Source of the DNA: Selaginella moellendorffii
Taxonomy: Eukaryota > Plantae > Lycopodiophyta
Assembly (NCBI RefSeq): GCF_000143415.4
Contig: NW_003314283.1
Location: 1,788,330-1,852,329 of the forward strand
Length of the DNA stretch: 64,000 nucleotides
Direction of reading: 5' to 3'
This document shows, one piece after another, positions 1-13,325 of the stretch. The translations under genes were made by a program, and so were the position numbers. The notes under the pieces were generated by a model. That model was not told the origin of the DNA, did no database searches, and worked only from the letters and a program-made list of their open reading frames with translations. Each line of letters starts with the position of its first letter. The first letter of the stretch is position 1.

Positions 1-1930
1 GATGTGAGTATAGGAAAGTACTCCAGCTTTTCAAAGTGTGACGAGTGCACTGCTATCAAAATGGCTTTGTCGAAGAATTCTTGCAGCGCTCAAGAGCGAG
101 AGACGTTGGTTAGAAGGCGGCTCGACCACAACATCGAGCAGAGAAACTGCAGGACTGCATATTATCATAACAGGATTCTCTCCATGGAGAGACCTGACTC
201 TTACCTCTGCATCATCCACGACAAAATGGACCAGAAAAAGACGTGCTTACCTCGACTCAATCCTGCCCCCAAGGCAATCTCTTCATCCATGCAGCTGCCT
301 GTGTCTCTGTTTGGCATAATCGCTCATGGGCATGGTGCCCAGAACTATGGGAACTTCTTTGTACCTCTATGGGGTGGCGGGGGTGCAAACATGATGATTG
401 CGTCCCTAGCAAAACACTTAAGGTCTCTGCAAAGTGTGCAGACTGAGCTGAACGGCCAACCCTTGCATAAGGCCCTTGTCGATCGAACCCCATACAGGGT
501 TCAACTGGAGGAGGAGCAAAGGCTTGCAGTATCGCGTGGGGCCCCATGCCATCCCAGTGAATATATTGGCTGTCAGATTGTAGGGTTATCACGTGAGGCC
601 TCATGCCATTTCGACGAGGCTGGTCGCCCGGTGAATGCACAGCCTCATCCAAACGAAGTAGAATCTCAAGGAAGTTCTTGCGGCCGATGTGGCCTTCCAC
701 CCCATCTACTGCTCCAAACAGACAATGCTGGCAGTGAGAACAAAAATATGTATGTCTTCGTGTACTTGGCGATGCTTGTTGCCAAAGGCATATTTGAAAC
801 GGTTACACTTGGCTTTCTCATGGTTGGGCACACTCATGAAGACGTCGATGCCATGTTCAGTCACCTGGCAGAGTCCCTCCGGTGATCCAATGTCCTCACC
901 CTCCCACAACTCTACGATGAATTCCAAAATTGCATCAAAGGCACTGTTGAAGCTGCACTTCTGACAGAGGTCCCAGACTTTAAGGGGTTTTTAAGAGGCT
1001 ACATCAGGGACGGATCCGAAACGCTGATCGGCCACTCCAAGCCTCTTCAGTTTCATTTCAGCATGTGTGACGATGCTCCAGTGATGAGGTACAAGATGAG
1101 AGAATGGGACACAGTGTGGCTGCCAGTGGACAGCATTGAACTCTTCAAGAGAGATCCCATAACTGGGGAACCTATGATTCCTCAGGGTTCCCTATGGCCG
1201 ATGCACCCGGATGGACTCAAAGACCAGGAAAGTATAGTGGCCGGGATTAGACAGCATATTGCCTTCTGGAAGAGGGGGTTGGTGTTTGGTGGAGAATCCT
1301 ATTTTCAGAGGTGCAAGCCTTTGCTCGAATACTGGGAGAAGATTATATCTGCTATCCAAAATGGGCCGGTTGTATATGAAGAATTGGAAGAGTCCTTTTG
1401 GCCAGAACCCAGAGCACCAGATAGTAGCGGAACAATGTCCTCTGGAAATGCAGTGACAGATAACGATGTTGAGGATCACTATTGTGGGCCGAGGAACAAG
1501 AAGCCGGATTCAGCATTCAATCCAGTACAGGTCTGCAAAGGAATGGTCGTGCTTGTCAGACCCAGTAATAAAAAACAAATGATATGGGTGGGGCGCTGCA
1601 TCACTGATGCAGAGGAGGACACGGAAACTAACTCCTTCAATGTAACTGTGGAGTGGTTCAAGCCAAGTTCCGGATATACGAAGGATTGCCTAGAAAAGAG
1701 ATGGGTGCTGAATCCAAGGGATCCCAGCATGAGCATATCGGTGGATAATGTTGTGCATGGTTGGATGCGGAAGCAGAGTGCCACCATCACCTTGCCAGAC
1801 CATGCAAGAGATGCAGCAAGAGCATTCATAACCCGGGTTCAAGGTGAGATTCATTAATATTCCTTTACTAAGTTTCTAATGTATTTTATTTCAAGGTGAA
1901 CAATCCGAATCTGAATCAGAGGAGGTGTGA
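1..1930 (+). pseudogene. Sola-like DDD transposase of copy A, 3' two-thirds, with a premature stop
   Basis: ORFs 4-885 and 1063-1857 are in frame and match the 1022-aa ORF of copy C. A CGA>TGA stop lies at 883-885. A likely 52-nt intron (1844-1895, GTGAG...TCAAG) leads to a last exon encoding GEQSESESEEV*. Confidence 0.88.
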
Positions 1931-2559
1931 TGGCATGTGGCCTTACGCCATTCCTAGGTGAGATGATACAAATAACAAGTATAAATTCTTAGTTGTTCTA
2001 GCAAATCTTACTTAAAGTTCAAGGTGAACAAGCCGAATATGAATTCATCGGATTGTTATAACAAATTGCGAGGTGATGGCATGAGGCGATACGGCATTTG
2101 AGAGTGGTAGCCATTCCTATATGAGGTGAGTGAAGTATTTATTAGAAATACCTCATTCAATTGTGCACTTCTAAGTCTTGGTCCACTCAGTACTGTTTGC
2201 ATGTTTTTATTTTAATTCTTTCTCTAAAATGTTATTTAGCATGTGGCTTCATGCCATTGCTCTCCACAATCATGCATTGAATTTTTCTATACTTCTCCAT
2301 ATATATAGCATGTGCGCACATGTGATATGGTTCATTAGGCCTGATATAGTGTGTGAGGTAAAACAAAGATGATGTGACATATGCATTTACCAATCACACG
2401 TGCATAAATCTAATAATATGGTGTGTGGCCCATATTAATGGCATATAAACCCATATTGTGGGCTTACGTGCTTTATGTACCATCATTCCCTTGCAGCGTG
2501 TGTGTTGGTTTCCTTTTATAACACAACGAACTCCATATTTTAGGGTGAAGAGCGTTCTC

Positions 2560-2817
2560 ATGGCAAGCACAAAATCTGTAAGTGAGGCAGAAAAGGAGAC
2601 GGAGAAGGAGATAGGTGAAGATGTAGAATATATAAGTCTTCCAAACTCCCCGTACTATACTCCAGGTGATCATTTTTCTGAACAAACGGCAACATTAACA
2701 ACTATCGAGAACGCCCCAGTAACGTCAGAGACAACAATCCAAAGCAAAACAACTGACCCGGAGAAGGATGATAGTACCGCTGAGAGTACCAAAAAGGAGG
2801 TGTCCACTAGCGCTTAG
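2560..2817 (+). CDS. Possible small acidic Ser/Thr-rich ORF (85 aa) in the 3' part of the TIR element; also at 19784-20041 (-) and 57087-57344 (+)
   Basis: Open in all three copies and preceded by an acceptor-like TATTTTAG. The copies are too similar for conservation to prove function, and no domain is recognisable. Confidence 0.3.
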   Translation: MASTKSVSEAEKETEKEIGEDVEYISLPNSPYYTPGDHFSEQTATLTTIENAPVTSETTIQSKTTDPEKDDSTAESTKKEVSTSA

Positions 2818-2839
2818 GCTTATAATGGCGTGTGCCCTC

Positions 2840-3935
2840 TGTAAGCGACTAAATTTTCCATTCTACTTTAGTCACTTAACCACACCTCTGACCACTTGGA
2901 GGAGTCTCATTCACAACCTCCATAAATCCAATCCAGGACTTGGGACTTGCTAGCCCCGAGAATGGCATCCATGCCACTCAACATTTGCACTTGGTCCAAG
3001 TGCTCCACGTGTCCGATCCCATGACCGACACTCAAAGATACCACCGACATAGCAGCCCGTTACGCTAAGGCCATGCCCAATCACCTTTGCCACACTGGTA
3101 GTCCAATACCACTTGCATCCCCGTCTTGGCTCTCCAAGACTAGGCAAACGATCCGTGAGTGGTCATCTCAGATCCACTCCTTAGCATCCTTAGGATGCCC
3201 ACCGACAAGGGGAATAGCCTTCCCCAATATCCCTCTGTCAGTCCCCACTAAATCCCTTTCTGCCCCTGGCCGTGTTTGCCAACACTGCCACTGGATTGAG
3301 ACCCACAGGCCCGACCACTAAGTCCCACGGTCCTCTGGGACTTCCTCACCACACGACTGTGTCCTTGGTCACTACCCCAGAGGACTGCTCCTCTTCCTTT
3401 CCACAGTCTGGGCCTTTGGGACAACATTTCGGAACACCGTGGCCTTACGCGAGCCACCTGGGTACTCTCCTCGCCTTCTGCCCTTGGGTGCTCTAGCCAT
3501 GGGCTTAGAGCGGGTTCCGTTGAGCCACACCAGGTATCCAAGTAGGTAGTGCCACCCACACTTGGACTGGGAGCATCGGCCAATCGATCTCCCGGGGGAA
3601 CTAGAGCCGGCTCTTGAACACTTCACCAAGCTACCCTGCTTGTCGGTCTGTGTTCACTCTAGTCTTGGACTTCCCAGTGGGCAGCTCATCACCCAACACT
3701 GGGTCTGGCCTTCCTAGGCCAAACTGGCCTTTCCTGGCCAAACTGGCTCCACTGCAGTCCTCCCCCTACTATACTTTTGGAGCTCACCAAACCCCCCAGG
3801 GTCTGGGAGACGAACGCTTTGGGCTTTCACCCTCTCAGCCTCCGGACTCGGACTCGGACTCGGACTCGGATTCGGACTCGGACTCGGGCTCGGGCTCGGT
3901 CTCGGCCTCGGCCTCGGTCTCGGTCTCGGTCCCGA

Positions 3936-3966
<31 letters not shown>

Positions 3967-4640
3967 TCCGGTCTCGGTCTCGACTTCGGACTCCATCTCG
4001 AACTCCATCTCGGGTCCATCTCGGACTTCATCTCGGACTCCATTTCGGGTCCATCTCGGGTCCACCTCGGACTCCATCTCGGGTCCACCTCGGACTCCAT
4101 CTCGGACTCCATCTCGGACTCCATCTCGGGTCCATCTCGGACTCCACTTCGGACTCCAACTCGGGTCCATCTCGGGCCCACCTCGGACTCCACTTCGGAC
4201 TCCATCTCGGACTCCATCTCGGGTCCATCTCGGACTCCATTTCGGACTCCAACTCGGGTCCATCTCGGACTCCACTTCGGACTCCAACTCGGGTCCATCT
4301 CGGACTCCACTTCGGACTCCAACTCGGGTCCATCTCGGACTCCACTTCGGACTCCAACTCGGGTCCATCTCGGACTCCACTTCGGACTCCAACTCGAGTC
4401 CATCTTGGACACTCCCACGTGTCATGTGCTGGTCCTTTTGGGTCCCTTTTTGGAGCCTCGCCTTTGCTCGCTTCGTGCTCGTTCCTCGAGCACTTCGTTG
4501 GGAGTTCCACTCCCACTCTTGACTTTTCAAGTCGGAGCTTTTGGTCCAAACGTGTTACGCTCGTTTGGCTCTCGCTTCGGCCACTACCATGTGGCGCCCT
4601 TCCGGCTCCACTTTGGGGCCTAGGGATTTTGTGTCTCACA
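2840..4640 (-). repeat. 3' LTR (1801 bp)
   Basis: Direct repeat of 8697-10520, adjacent to the PPT. Confidence 0.93.
3843..4400. repeat. Compound tandem array inside the LTR: (GACTCG)n, (GTCTCG)n, then 11-12 bp GGACTCCATCTC/GGGTCCATCTC units
   Basis: Directly visible. The same array recurs at ~9700-10280, ~12040-12400 (decayed), ~33615-34200, ~61980-62397 and ~63478-64000. Confidence 0.95.
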
Positions 4641-4655
4641 ACTCCACCACCCATA
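4641..4655 (-). other. Polypurine tract (minus strand TATGGGTGGTGGAGT)
   Basis: Purine-rich tract immediately before the 3' LTR; the same tract lies at ~63234-63248. Confidence 0.7.
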
Positions 4656-7600
4656 GACGAAGTTCGATGTCCTCATCGAACGGTGAACCATTCTATAAAG
4701 TAACACCCGCATGTGTTACCATTTCCATCCTTGGCGCGTAGCCAATATTTGTCAATGGTGTGACATTGAAGGCTCACCATGCCTTTTGCATATCCTCTAA
4801 GGAGGGTAGTCTCTCCAACTTAGAGACTGATTGGACCACATATAGTGGTTCTCTCCTTTTATTGGTTTAGTTCTCGCTAAACCTCTTAGAGACCCTTCTC
4901 TAAGTCAATCCCACTACTCCTTCTCGAGTAGTCTCAATTTCCATCGATATAACCTTTGCACTTTGGAACTTTGAATTTTGACTTCTTGGAGTCAATTTCC
5001 TAGGTGTCTCCGACACCTTGCCTTGCACCTTTTGTGCAACTCCACTTCCCATCCTAGGAAGTCCTCTACTCGAGGGCACCATCATCCTCTCTTCTATTTC
5101 GTGCCAAAGTTCCAGTTATCATACTTTGTGCTAGGGCTGTTCATGGCCCTATCATTTGGCTGCCTTACCGCTCCCTCCCTTGGAGCTTCCACTTTCGCCA
5201 AATCAGAGCATTTCGGAATCCCTCCTTGGAAACACACTTCCTTTCCCGCAACTTGTTAGTGTCCAACACATTAGTGTTCCTCGCCTAACTTTGTCACTTG
5301 GATTCCTTCCAAGGGATTCCACGGCCCTATCTTGGCCACTCATCTTTTGCTCCTATCCGTTGATTGTTGCACCAAGCAACATTGAATCTCTACCTCCCTC
5401 CTTGAGGTATTGTTTCGGTTCCATAGCAAAGACTCTTCTTTGCCAAGTCCGGAGGATGTTCACCCCTAGTACGTCTCTTTAGCATCTTCTGCTATGGGCT
5501 CTATCCACGGCCCAACTTCGTGACCCTCCCATGGGTCTTTTATAGAGACTACTTTCCTCGGACTCACTATGCCATCGCACGGACTTAGTTTATTTCCCTT
5601 AGGTGCTTTTCCCACTTGGTCATCACGACCAAGCAACACCACCTTAAACAGTTCAATTTCAACATTTTGAACCAGGAACTTCATTCCTTAGCCAACCAAG
5701 GACCTTGTCCTTATCTGGCCATAAGATCACCTAGTGATCTCACCTTGGCACCTTAACAGAGTTGCCAAGAGGTACTTGGTCTTCTAGACCTCCAAGTTGT
5801 TGACTATAACCCCGGGGGCATCCCCCACACTTGGCGGTGCACCCAAGCCAACCCTTACGGCCAAGGGTTCATAGCAACTGAGATTAGGTGTCCCCATCTC
5901 ACTCACCACGACCTTGGTGCCACTTGCACCAAAGCGTTCAAGTTGGATATGCTGAGCTTTCACACTAAGCAATCTAACCGTGCATCACGACTCCGAGGCA
6001 TCCCTCGCTTGGCGGTGTGCCCAAACCAGTCTCCCCACTGAGAGTCCATGACCACCGAAATATGAGTGTCCTCATATTCCAAACCATCACCACGCCCTAG
6101 TGATTTGGGACTCGAACCCAAGCACTAGAGGGTCGGGACTCGAACCCAACCTCCGTATATGCATCTATGGACAGCATCACACAAGATGCCTGGCGTGACT
6201 CCCCACGCCGGTGCACCAACTTATTTTTAAAGCGCGCTACAGATCATAGCTTAGGAACCTAGTTCCTCTACACTGCCAAGTCCTCTCACTTGACATGTCT
6301 GTGATCATGCATGGACTCCTCCATGCTCGGCCCCATGGCCCACCCTTTTTGAAGTTATCACCTTCAACTAGGGTATTTGTTCCCCCGACGTGCCAATCTC
6401 GCTTGGCAAGTCCTCCGACCACTGTAACATGGTTCCTGCATAAGCGTGAAAGTCCTTGACCATCGACTTTCGTTCAAAGCCCTCTCCTTGAACACTCGGG
6501 AACTACTTCCCTAACCTTGATAGCCTTGCCTCATGGCAAGCTTCAAGACCACGCTTCTGCTGCGCCATTCTGATTTCGCGCGTTCCATGAACCATTTACA
6601 CTTGGCCTTTCTAGGTACTAAGCTACCTAGAATCGTCTTTGGGAACCTTGAAGGAACTCTGTCCCTTAGTTTGCTAAGGCCTCCCTTTTTGCAAGCCTTC
6701 CAAATGCCACATAGTCTAATATGGACAATTCCATATTTTAGACTCTCCATGGCATCACGGTTGTTAGCGGCAACACCCTCGAGCCCCCACTTGATTCTCC
6801 ACTCCCAGATGGCATAACCAACCTTGGTTATGCCCTTTGATTCCTACGGTTTGGTTCTATCCCTTTACTTCTTGCTTTTTGGCTTCACACCTTTCCTTTG
6901 GTCATTCTCCTCCAGACCAGGAGGATAGCTTTGCACTTTCTATCATGCTTTAGCAAGTATTCTTAGGGATGAACCTACCCAATAGCCTAGGGAGTGGTTC
7001 CTCAATCTAGGTATGCTCACCTTATAATCCCACACACTGGGATTACATTGTTGCTTATGGGCCTTTACATGCCCATCACTAGCCTTGCCAAAATTCCATT
7101 TTTGGCTTTGTCCAACTCGGCTAGACAGTCCTCTCCTGTCTCCACAACTTTGGACATTTGGATAGCACCTTCTATCCATCATTCGCTAGGGACTTCGTCC
7201 CTTGGGCTTTATCCATTGCCCTCGCGACATCAAACACCACCTTTTGGTGTTCTAGAGTGTTCGGGTGTCCCAATGATGGCTTTCTTGACAATGAGTATTT
7301 CCTTTTATGACATTGACTTACTATATCGCAACACAAGCAACTTATCCCCCGTAAGGGTATATCCAACTTCCCTATGCTATTAAGAAGTCTTGGGTAGCTA
7401 CCTTCTACCCGTTTAACCAGTTATTTTGCACCTCTTGCTTAGTTGCCTCATAGTTGTCAAGTCCTACAACTCATTGCTTGGTGCTTTCACACCTCCATCA
7501 TTATCTGGGTCACCACACTCCAACTGCATGCTCTGCAGCTTAGGCTATGTTATTCCCATTTCCATTGGGATTCCTTTGGCAAGGGGTTCTCATGAACCCA

Positions 7601-8680
7601 CCAACATAGCCTCAAGGTATCACACCTTGGCACATTTGGTGTTTCCACACCATCGGCTCCACGAGCCTACCTCTGTGACATTTCCCCTTCGTGTCTAAGT
7701 CTTTGCCAAGACCAACACCGCTCTTTCTCATGCCAACCATCCGTTAGCACTGCACCATAGAGGTCACACACAACTTTATGTCAAAGTTGTTTTCTTCTGG
7801 GAACACCTTTCCCATAACTTTAGCATGGCATATTTTGCCATCGATGAGATACCCTCTGTTCTCATCCTTGGATCCTATGATCCCCCCCCATCCTTTGTGG
7901 GGTACAACACACCTCAGTCCAAATGCTTCCATCAGTCCTTTTAGGACCATCCGTTGACTCTACTTGAGTCATCCAGCATTTTTGGACTTGGTTAATCCAC
8001 AGACCCGTAAGGTCCTACTTGTGAGGCACTAGCTCACTGGAATACACTATTTGCATTCCTATCCTACTCAAAAGGACTATTTTCACAAGTGTTACTCCGA
8101 CACTTGATTTTGTTCTCTGGGGGCAACCTTTGCCCCTTAGGACTACTTGTCCATGTGATGAGAACACCAACTCATCCACTTAATACACCCCCAACTCCTT
8201 GGGTTGTTCCAGCATTTATTAGAGGTAGCCCTGGCTACCTTTTCAAGGACTTGAGTCCTCTTCCGTATTTGACCTCCCACGGTCATTACTTCTGGTCTCA
8301 CATTCATGAGCACCAACCTCAACTATATGAGGAAAATCTTGTGACTCCTTTATTGCTTTGGAGTCTTTATCTTTCCCGTGATCCCAACTGTAGTTGTTTA
8401 CCACAACTACATTAGCCAGTTTGCTAAGTCAAACGCTCATCTGGATCACATCCTCAACTCTTTTGAGGAAAACCATATACTGTTCCCAAGATCCCAAAGT
8501 CGTTCCATTATTGGCCCTTTTCTATCCACCACCTTGTCTACAAGTTCACACATGAACTGTAATGGAGAGCCATATCTTCCCGACCTGCTACTCCTCAAGG
8601 ATAGGCCCACTTCTCAGACCTTCCGTTGCCAACACCAGTGGTGATATACTTGAGCACCAATAAAAGTCGGACTAAGGAAC

Positions 8681-8694
8681 AGCTCCGATACCAA
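8681..8694 (-). other. Primer-binding site for initiator tRNA-Met (TGGTATCGGAGCT)
   Basis: Minus strand reads ...TACA-ATT-TGGTATCGGAGCT, one mismatch from the canonical plant tRNA-iMet PBS TGGTATCAGAGC. Confidence 0.85.
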
Positions 8695-8696
8695 AT

Positions 8697-9789
8697 TGTA
8701 AGCGACTAAATTTTCCATTCTACTTTAGTCACTTAACCACACCTCTGACCACTTGGAGGAGTCTCATTCACAACCTCCATAAATCCAATCCAGGACTTGG
8801 GACTTGCTAGCCCCGAGAATGGCATCCATGCCACTCAACATTTGCACTTGGTCCAAGTGCTCCACGTGTCCGATCCCATGACCGACACTCAAAGATACCA
8901 CCGACATAGCAGCCCGTTACGCTAAGGCCATGCCCAATCACCTTTGCCACACTGGTAGTCCAATACCACTTGCATCCCCGTCTTGGCTCTCCAAGACTAG
9001 GCAAACGATCCGTGAGTGGTCATCTCAGATCCACTCCTTAGCATCCTTAGGATGCCCACCGACAAGGGGAATAGCCTTCCCCAATATCCCTCTGTCAGTC
9101 CCCACTAAATCCCTTTCTGCCCCTGGCCGTGTTTGCCAACACTGCCACTGGATTGAGACCCACAGGCCCGACCACTAAGTCCCACGGTCCTCTGGGACTT
9201 CCTCACCACACGACTGTGTCCTTGGTCACTACCCCAGAGGACTGCTCCTCTTCCTTTCCACAGTCTGGGCCTTTGGGACAACATTTCGGAACACCGTGGC
9301 CTTACGCGAGCCACCTGGGTACTCTCCTCACCTTCTGCCCTTGGGTGCTCTAGCCATGGGCTTAGAGCGGGTTCCGTTGAGCCACACCAGGTATCCAAGT
9401 AGGTAGTGCCACCCACACTTGGACTGGGAGCATCGGCCAATCGATCTCCCGGGGGAACTAGAGCCGGCTCTTGAACACTTCACCAAGCTACCCTGCTTGT
9501 CGGTCTGTGTTCACTCTAGTCTTGGACTTCCCAGTGGGCAGCTCATCACCCAACACTGGGTCTGGCCTTCCTAGGCCAAACTGGCCTTTCCTGGCCAAAC
9601 TGGCTCCACTGCAGTCCTCCCCCTACTATACTTTTGGAGCTCACCAAACCCCCCAGGGTCTGGGAGACGAACGCTTTGGGCTTTCACCCTCTCAGCCTCC
9701 GGACTCGGACTCGGACTCGGACTCGGATTCGGACTCGGACTCGGGCTCGGGCTCGGTCTCGGCCTCGGCCTCGGTCTCGGTCTCGGTCC

Positions 9790-9823
<34 letters not shown>

Positions 9824-10520
9824 TCCGGTCTCGGTCTCGACTTCGGACTCCATCTCGAACTCCATCTCGGGTCCATCTCGGACTTCATCTCGGACTCCAT
9901 TTCGGGTCCATCTCGGGTCCACCTCGGACTCCATCTCGGGTCCACCTCGGACTCCATCTCGGACTCCATCTCGGACTCCATCTCGGGTCCATCTCGGACT
10001 CCATCTCGGGTCCATCTCGGACTCCACTTCGGACTCCAACTCGGGTCCATCTCGGGCCCACCTCGGACTCCACTTCGGACTCCATCTCGGACTCCATCTC
10101 GGGTCCATCTCGGACTCCACTTCGGACTCCAACTTGGGTCCATCTCGGACTCCACTTCGGACTCCAACTCGGGTCCATCTCGGACTCCACTTCGGACTCC
10201 AACTCGGGTCCATCTCGGACTCCACTTCGGACTCCAACTCGGGTCCATCTCGGACTCCACTTCGGACTCCAACTCGAGTCCATCTTGGACACTCCCACGT
10301 GTCATGTGCTGGTCCTTTTGGGTCCCTTTTTGGAGCCTCGCCTTTGCTCGCTTCGTGCTCGTTCCTCGAGCACTTCGTTGGGAGTTCCACTCCCGCTCTT
10401 GACTTTTCAAGTCGGAGCTTTTGGTCCAAACGTGTTACGCTCGTTTGGCTCTCGCTTCGGCCACTACCATGTGGCGCCCTTCCGGCTCCACTTTGGGGCC
10501 TAGGGATTTTGTGTCTCACA
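8697..10520 (-). repeat. 5' LTR (1824 bp)
   Basis: Direct repeat of 2840-4640 with 23 extra bp in the tandem array; adjacent to the PBS. Confidence 0.93.
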
Positions 10521-11139
10521 CCCTCATGCCATTTACTTGATCACCAAATACCTTTTTCCCTTTGCACTAGTATATCTTAATACCGGTCTGAGAAATAGAA
10601 TGGCATGTGCCCTCAGGCCTTTTACTAAATCACCTTTGAAAGAAATGCAAGCCTCTATGTCTTAAAAAAAAGGTACTAGAGAAATTCCTTAATAATATGA
10701 ATGTTATTTAGTTTCATGAAAATACACTAAGGGTCAAATGAGTTAAATGACTTCTCCAGACTAGCAATGCCTCTTGCTACACCTTCACAATTAGATTCGT
10801 TAGAAAAAGATAACATTGAATAATATCTAAATGTTCTCACCATTAAGTTATATGTCTAGCTAATAGGAATGACGTTCATCTTGGAAAGCTCACCACACAC
10901 TCAATGAACAAACAAATAGTGTGTGCGCGCATGCCATCGCTCTTCTTTAGCTTCAGATTCGGCTTGTTCACCTTGACAATGAGATTTATTATACAACCAG
11001 ATGGACTCAGTCTGGACACAAAGTCACCGCGCTAGTCACCATGCCCCAGATATGTCTAGCCCCTGGATAAAAAACATATAATTTCACGTCATTTTCAAAT
11101 ACTTGAAAATTTGTACCTAGTCCCATTTTACTGAATAAA

Positions 11140-11163
11140 TCCCACTTTAACGAAATAGAGCAT
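11140..11163. repeat. Right terminal inverted repeat of copy A
   Basis: TCCCACTTTAACGAAATAGAGCAT, identical to 57981-58004. Confidence 0.95.
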
Positions 11164-11224
11164 AGGGTAAAGATGACCCACCTCTCCCATTTCAACAGAT
11201 CCGTGTCCATAGTCCATTATAGTA

Positions 11225-13325
11225 GACAAGGATGGAATTCTTAAATGCTTTAATTTGGCAAAGGTGAACGCTCCTAGAGAGATAAAGTGGCAAAGTAACC
11301 AAGTGATAAAGTCATGGATAGCCCTAGCATGAATTATGGATAAGTGAAATTTAGTGCCAAAGGTGGTACGAAATAAAAAAGAGGATGATAGTGCCCTCAA
11401 GTAAAGAATTTCTTATGATGGGGAAGTGATGTTTGTATAATTGATACAATGCAAGGTGTCAGACACACCTAGGAAATTGATTCAAGATGTCAATATTAAA
11501 GTTCTAGAGTGTGATGGTTATATTGGTAGAGGCTGAGAATACTCCAGAATGAGTATTAAGATTGAGATTGAGAAGGTGTCTCTAACAAGTTTAGTGAGAA
11601 CTAAATAAACAAAGGTAAAGAATTACCATTGGTGATATAATGAGACTTTAAATTGGAAAGACTATATGGTGAGCATTAACAAATTTTAGTTTAGTGCTAA
11701 GGATAAAAATAGTAATCTATAATAGGGTTACTTTATAAAATGGTTTATCATTCAATAAGGACATTGAACTTTGTCTAGAGGTGGTAGAGTTGTGAGACAC
11801 AAATCTTAAAGCCTCAAAGTGGAGCTAAAAGGGTGCCACATAGTAGTGGTCGAAGTGAAAGTCTAAAAAGCATAACATATTTGGATCAAAACCTTTGACT
11901 TAGAAAATCGAGAGTGGGAGTGGAACTCAAAATAAGTGCTTGAGAAATAAGTATGAAGAAATCAATGAATGAGTCTTTAAAAAGGGACACAAGAAGAACT
12001 AACACATGGCAAGTGTCATAACACATGGAAATGTCAAAATTGAGTCCGAAAAAGAGCCCTAGAAAGAGTCTAAGAAGGAGTCCGAGAAAGAGTTTGAGAA
12101 GGAGTTTGAGAAGGAGTGCAAGATGGAGTCCCAGAAGGAGGCCGAGAAGAAATCTGACATGGAGTCTAAGATGGAGTCTAAGATGGAGTTCAAGAAGGAA
12201 TTTGAGATGGAGTCCGAAAAGAAGTCTGAGAAGGAATCCCAAATGGAGTCCAAGGAGTCCAAAAAGGAAGCCAAGATGGAGTTCAAGAAGGAGTCTGAGA
12301 AGCAGTTCAAAATGGGAACCAAGACCGAGATTAAGGCCGAGACTCCAAGTCCAAGTTTGAGTCTGAGTCCGAGTCTAAGTCCAAGTTCGAGTTCAAGTTC
12401 GAGGGTGAAAGCCCAAAGCAATTGTCTCCTAGACCCTAAGGGGCTTGGTGAGCTCCAAAAGGATAGTAAGGGGAGGACTCTAATAGAATCAATTTGGCCA
12501 GGAAAGATTAGTGTGACCAAGGAAGGCTATACCCATATGGTGGGTGATGATGTAACCACTCAGGAGTCCGAGGCTAGAGTGAACATAGATGGACAAGTGG
12601 GGTAACTTGGTAAAGTATTCAAGAGCCAGCTTTAGCTCCCTTAGGAGATTGAAAGATAGATGCTCCTAATCCAAGTGTGGATGGCACTACCTACTTGGAT
12701 ATCTAGTGTGGCTTATTAGAACCTTGTTTTACCCACATGGCTAGGGCACTTAAGGGTGGAAGGTGGAAAGAGTATCTACAAAGCTCATGTAGAGCCACTG
12801 TGTTTTGAAATATCATCCCAAAGTCTCAGACTGTGGAAAGGAAAAGGAGAAATCTTCTTGTATAGTGACTATGGATATAGTTATATAGTGTGGAAGTCTA
12901 AGAAGTCAGTGGGACTTAGTGGTTGGGCTTTCAAGCCCTAACCCAGTGGTGGTGTTGGTGAGCATGGCCATGGATGGAGGGGGACTTGATGGGGACTTAA
13001 AAAGGGATATTAGAGAAGCATCTTAAAGATGCTAAAGTGTGGTCTTGGGATGACCACTCATGGAAAGATGGTCCAATCTTGGAGAGAATTATGGTATGGG
13101 TGGTTTTGGATTGCCAATGAGACAAAGGTAAATGAATATGGCTTTAGTGTAACGGGTTGGGATGTCAATAGTACCTTTAGGATGTCTTTGATGGGATTTG
13201 ATACATGGAGCACTTGGACCAAGTGTAACAATTGAGTGGCATAGATGGGGTTAATATATCCCTAAATCAGAAATAGGACTTATGGAGGTTGTGAGTGAAA
13301 CTCCTCCAAATGGTCAAAGGGTTTA
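11225..13325 (+). mobile_element. Old, heavily C>T-decayed fragment of the microsatellite-LTR family (3' internal region plus most of an LTR starting at 11791)
   Basis: Aligns by eye to the reverse complement of ~2885-5230. GTGGTAGAGT-TGTGAGACAC marks the PPT/LTR junction at 11781-11800. CpGs are mostly lost. Confidence 0.82.

Larger units (their letters stand above)
2840..10520 (-). mobile_element. Full-length non-autonomous (LARD-like) LTR retrotransposon with ~1.8-kb microsatellite-containing LTRs
   Basis: TG...CA LTRs at 2840-4640 and 8697-10520 are almost identical. 5-bp TSD CCCTC at 2835-2839 and 10521-10525. PBS and PPT lie on the minus strand. The 4-kb interior has no intact gag or pol. 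Confidence 0.93.
1..11163 (+). mobile_element. Large TIR DNA transposon, copy A (Sola-like; 5' part outside the window; interrupted by an LTR element at 2840-10520)
   Basis: Near-identical to 54567-58004 of copy C. Ends in the same TIR TCCCACTTTAACGAAATAGAGCAT (11140-11163). Confidence 0.93.

Noticed and set aside
3614-4703. Long RS/SD/WSPR-rich ORFs in several frames (also 9471-10580, 11886-12605, 33255-34484, 61747-62539, 63148-63926)
   Set aside because: They arise from stop-free tandem repeats inside LTRs and are open on both strands at once; they are not SR-protein genes.
4641-8696. gag-pol in the microsatellite-LTR element
   Set aside because: No RT, RNase H, integrase or protease motif is recognisable; only short ORFs are present.
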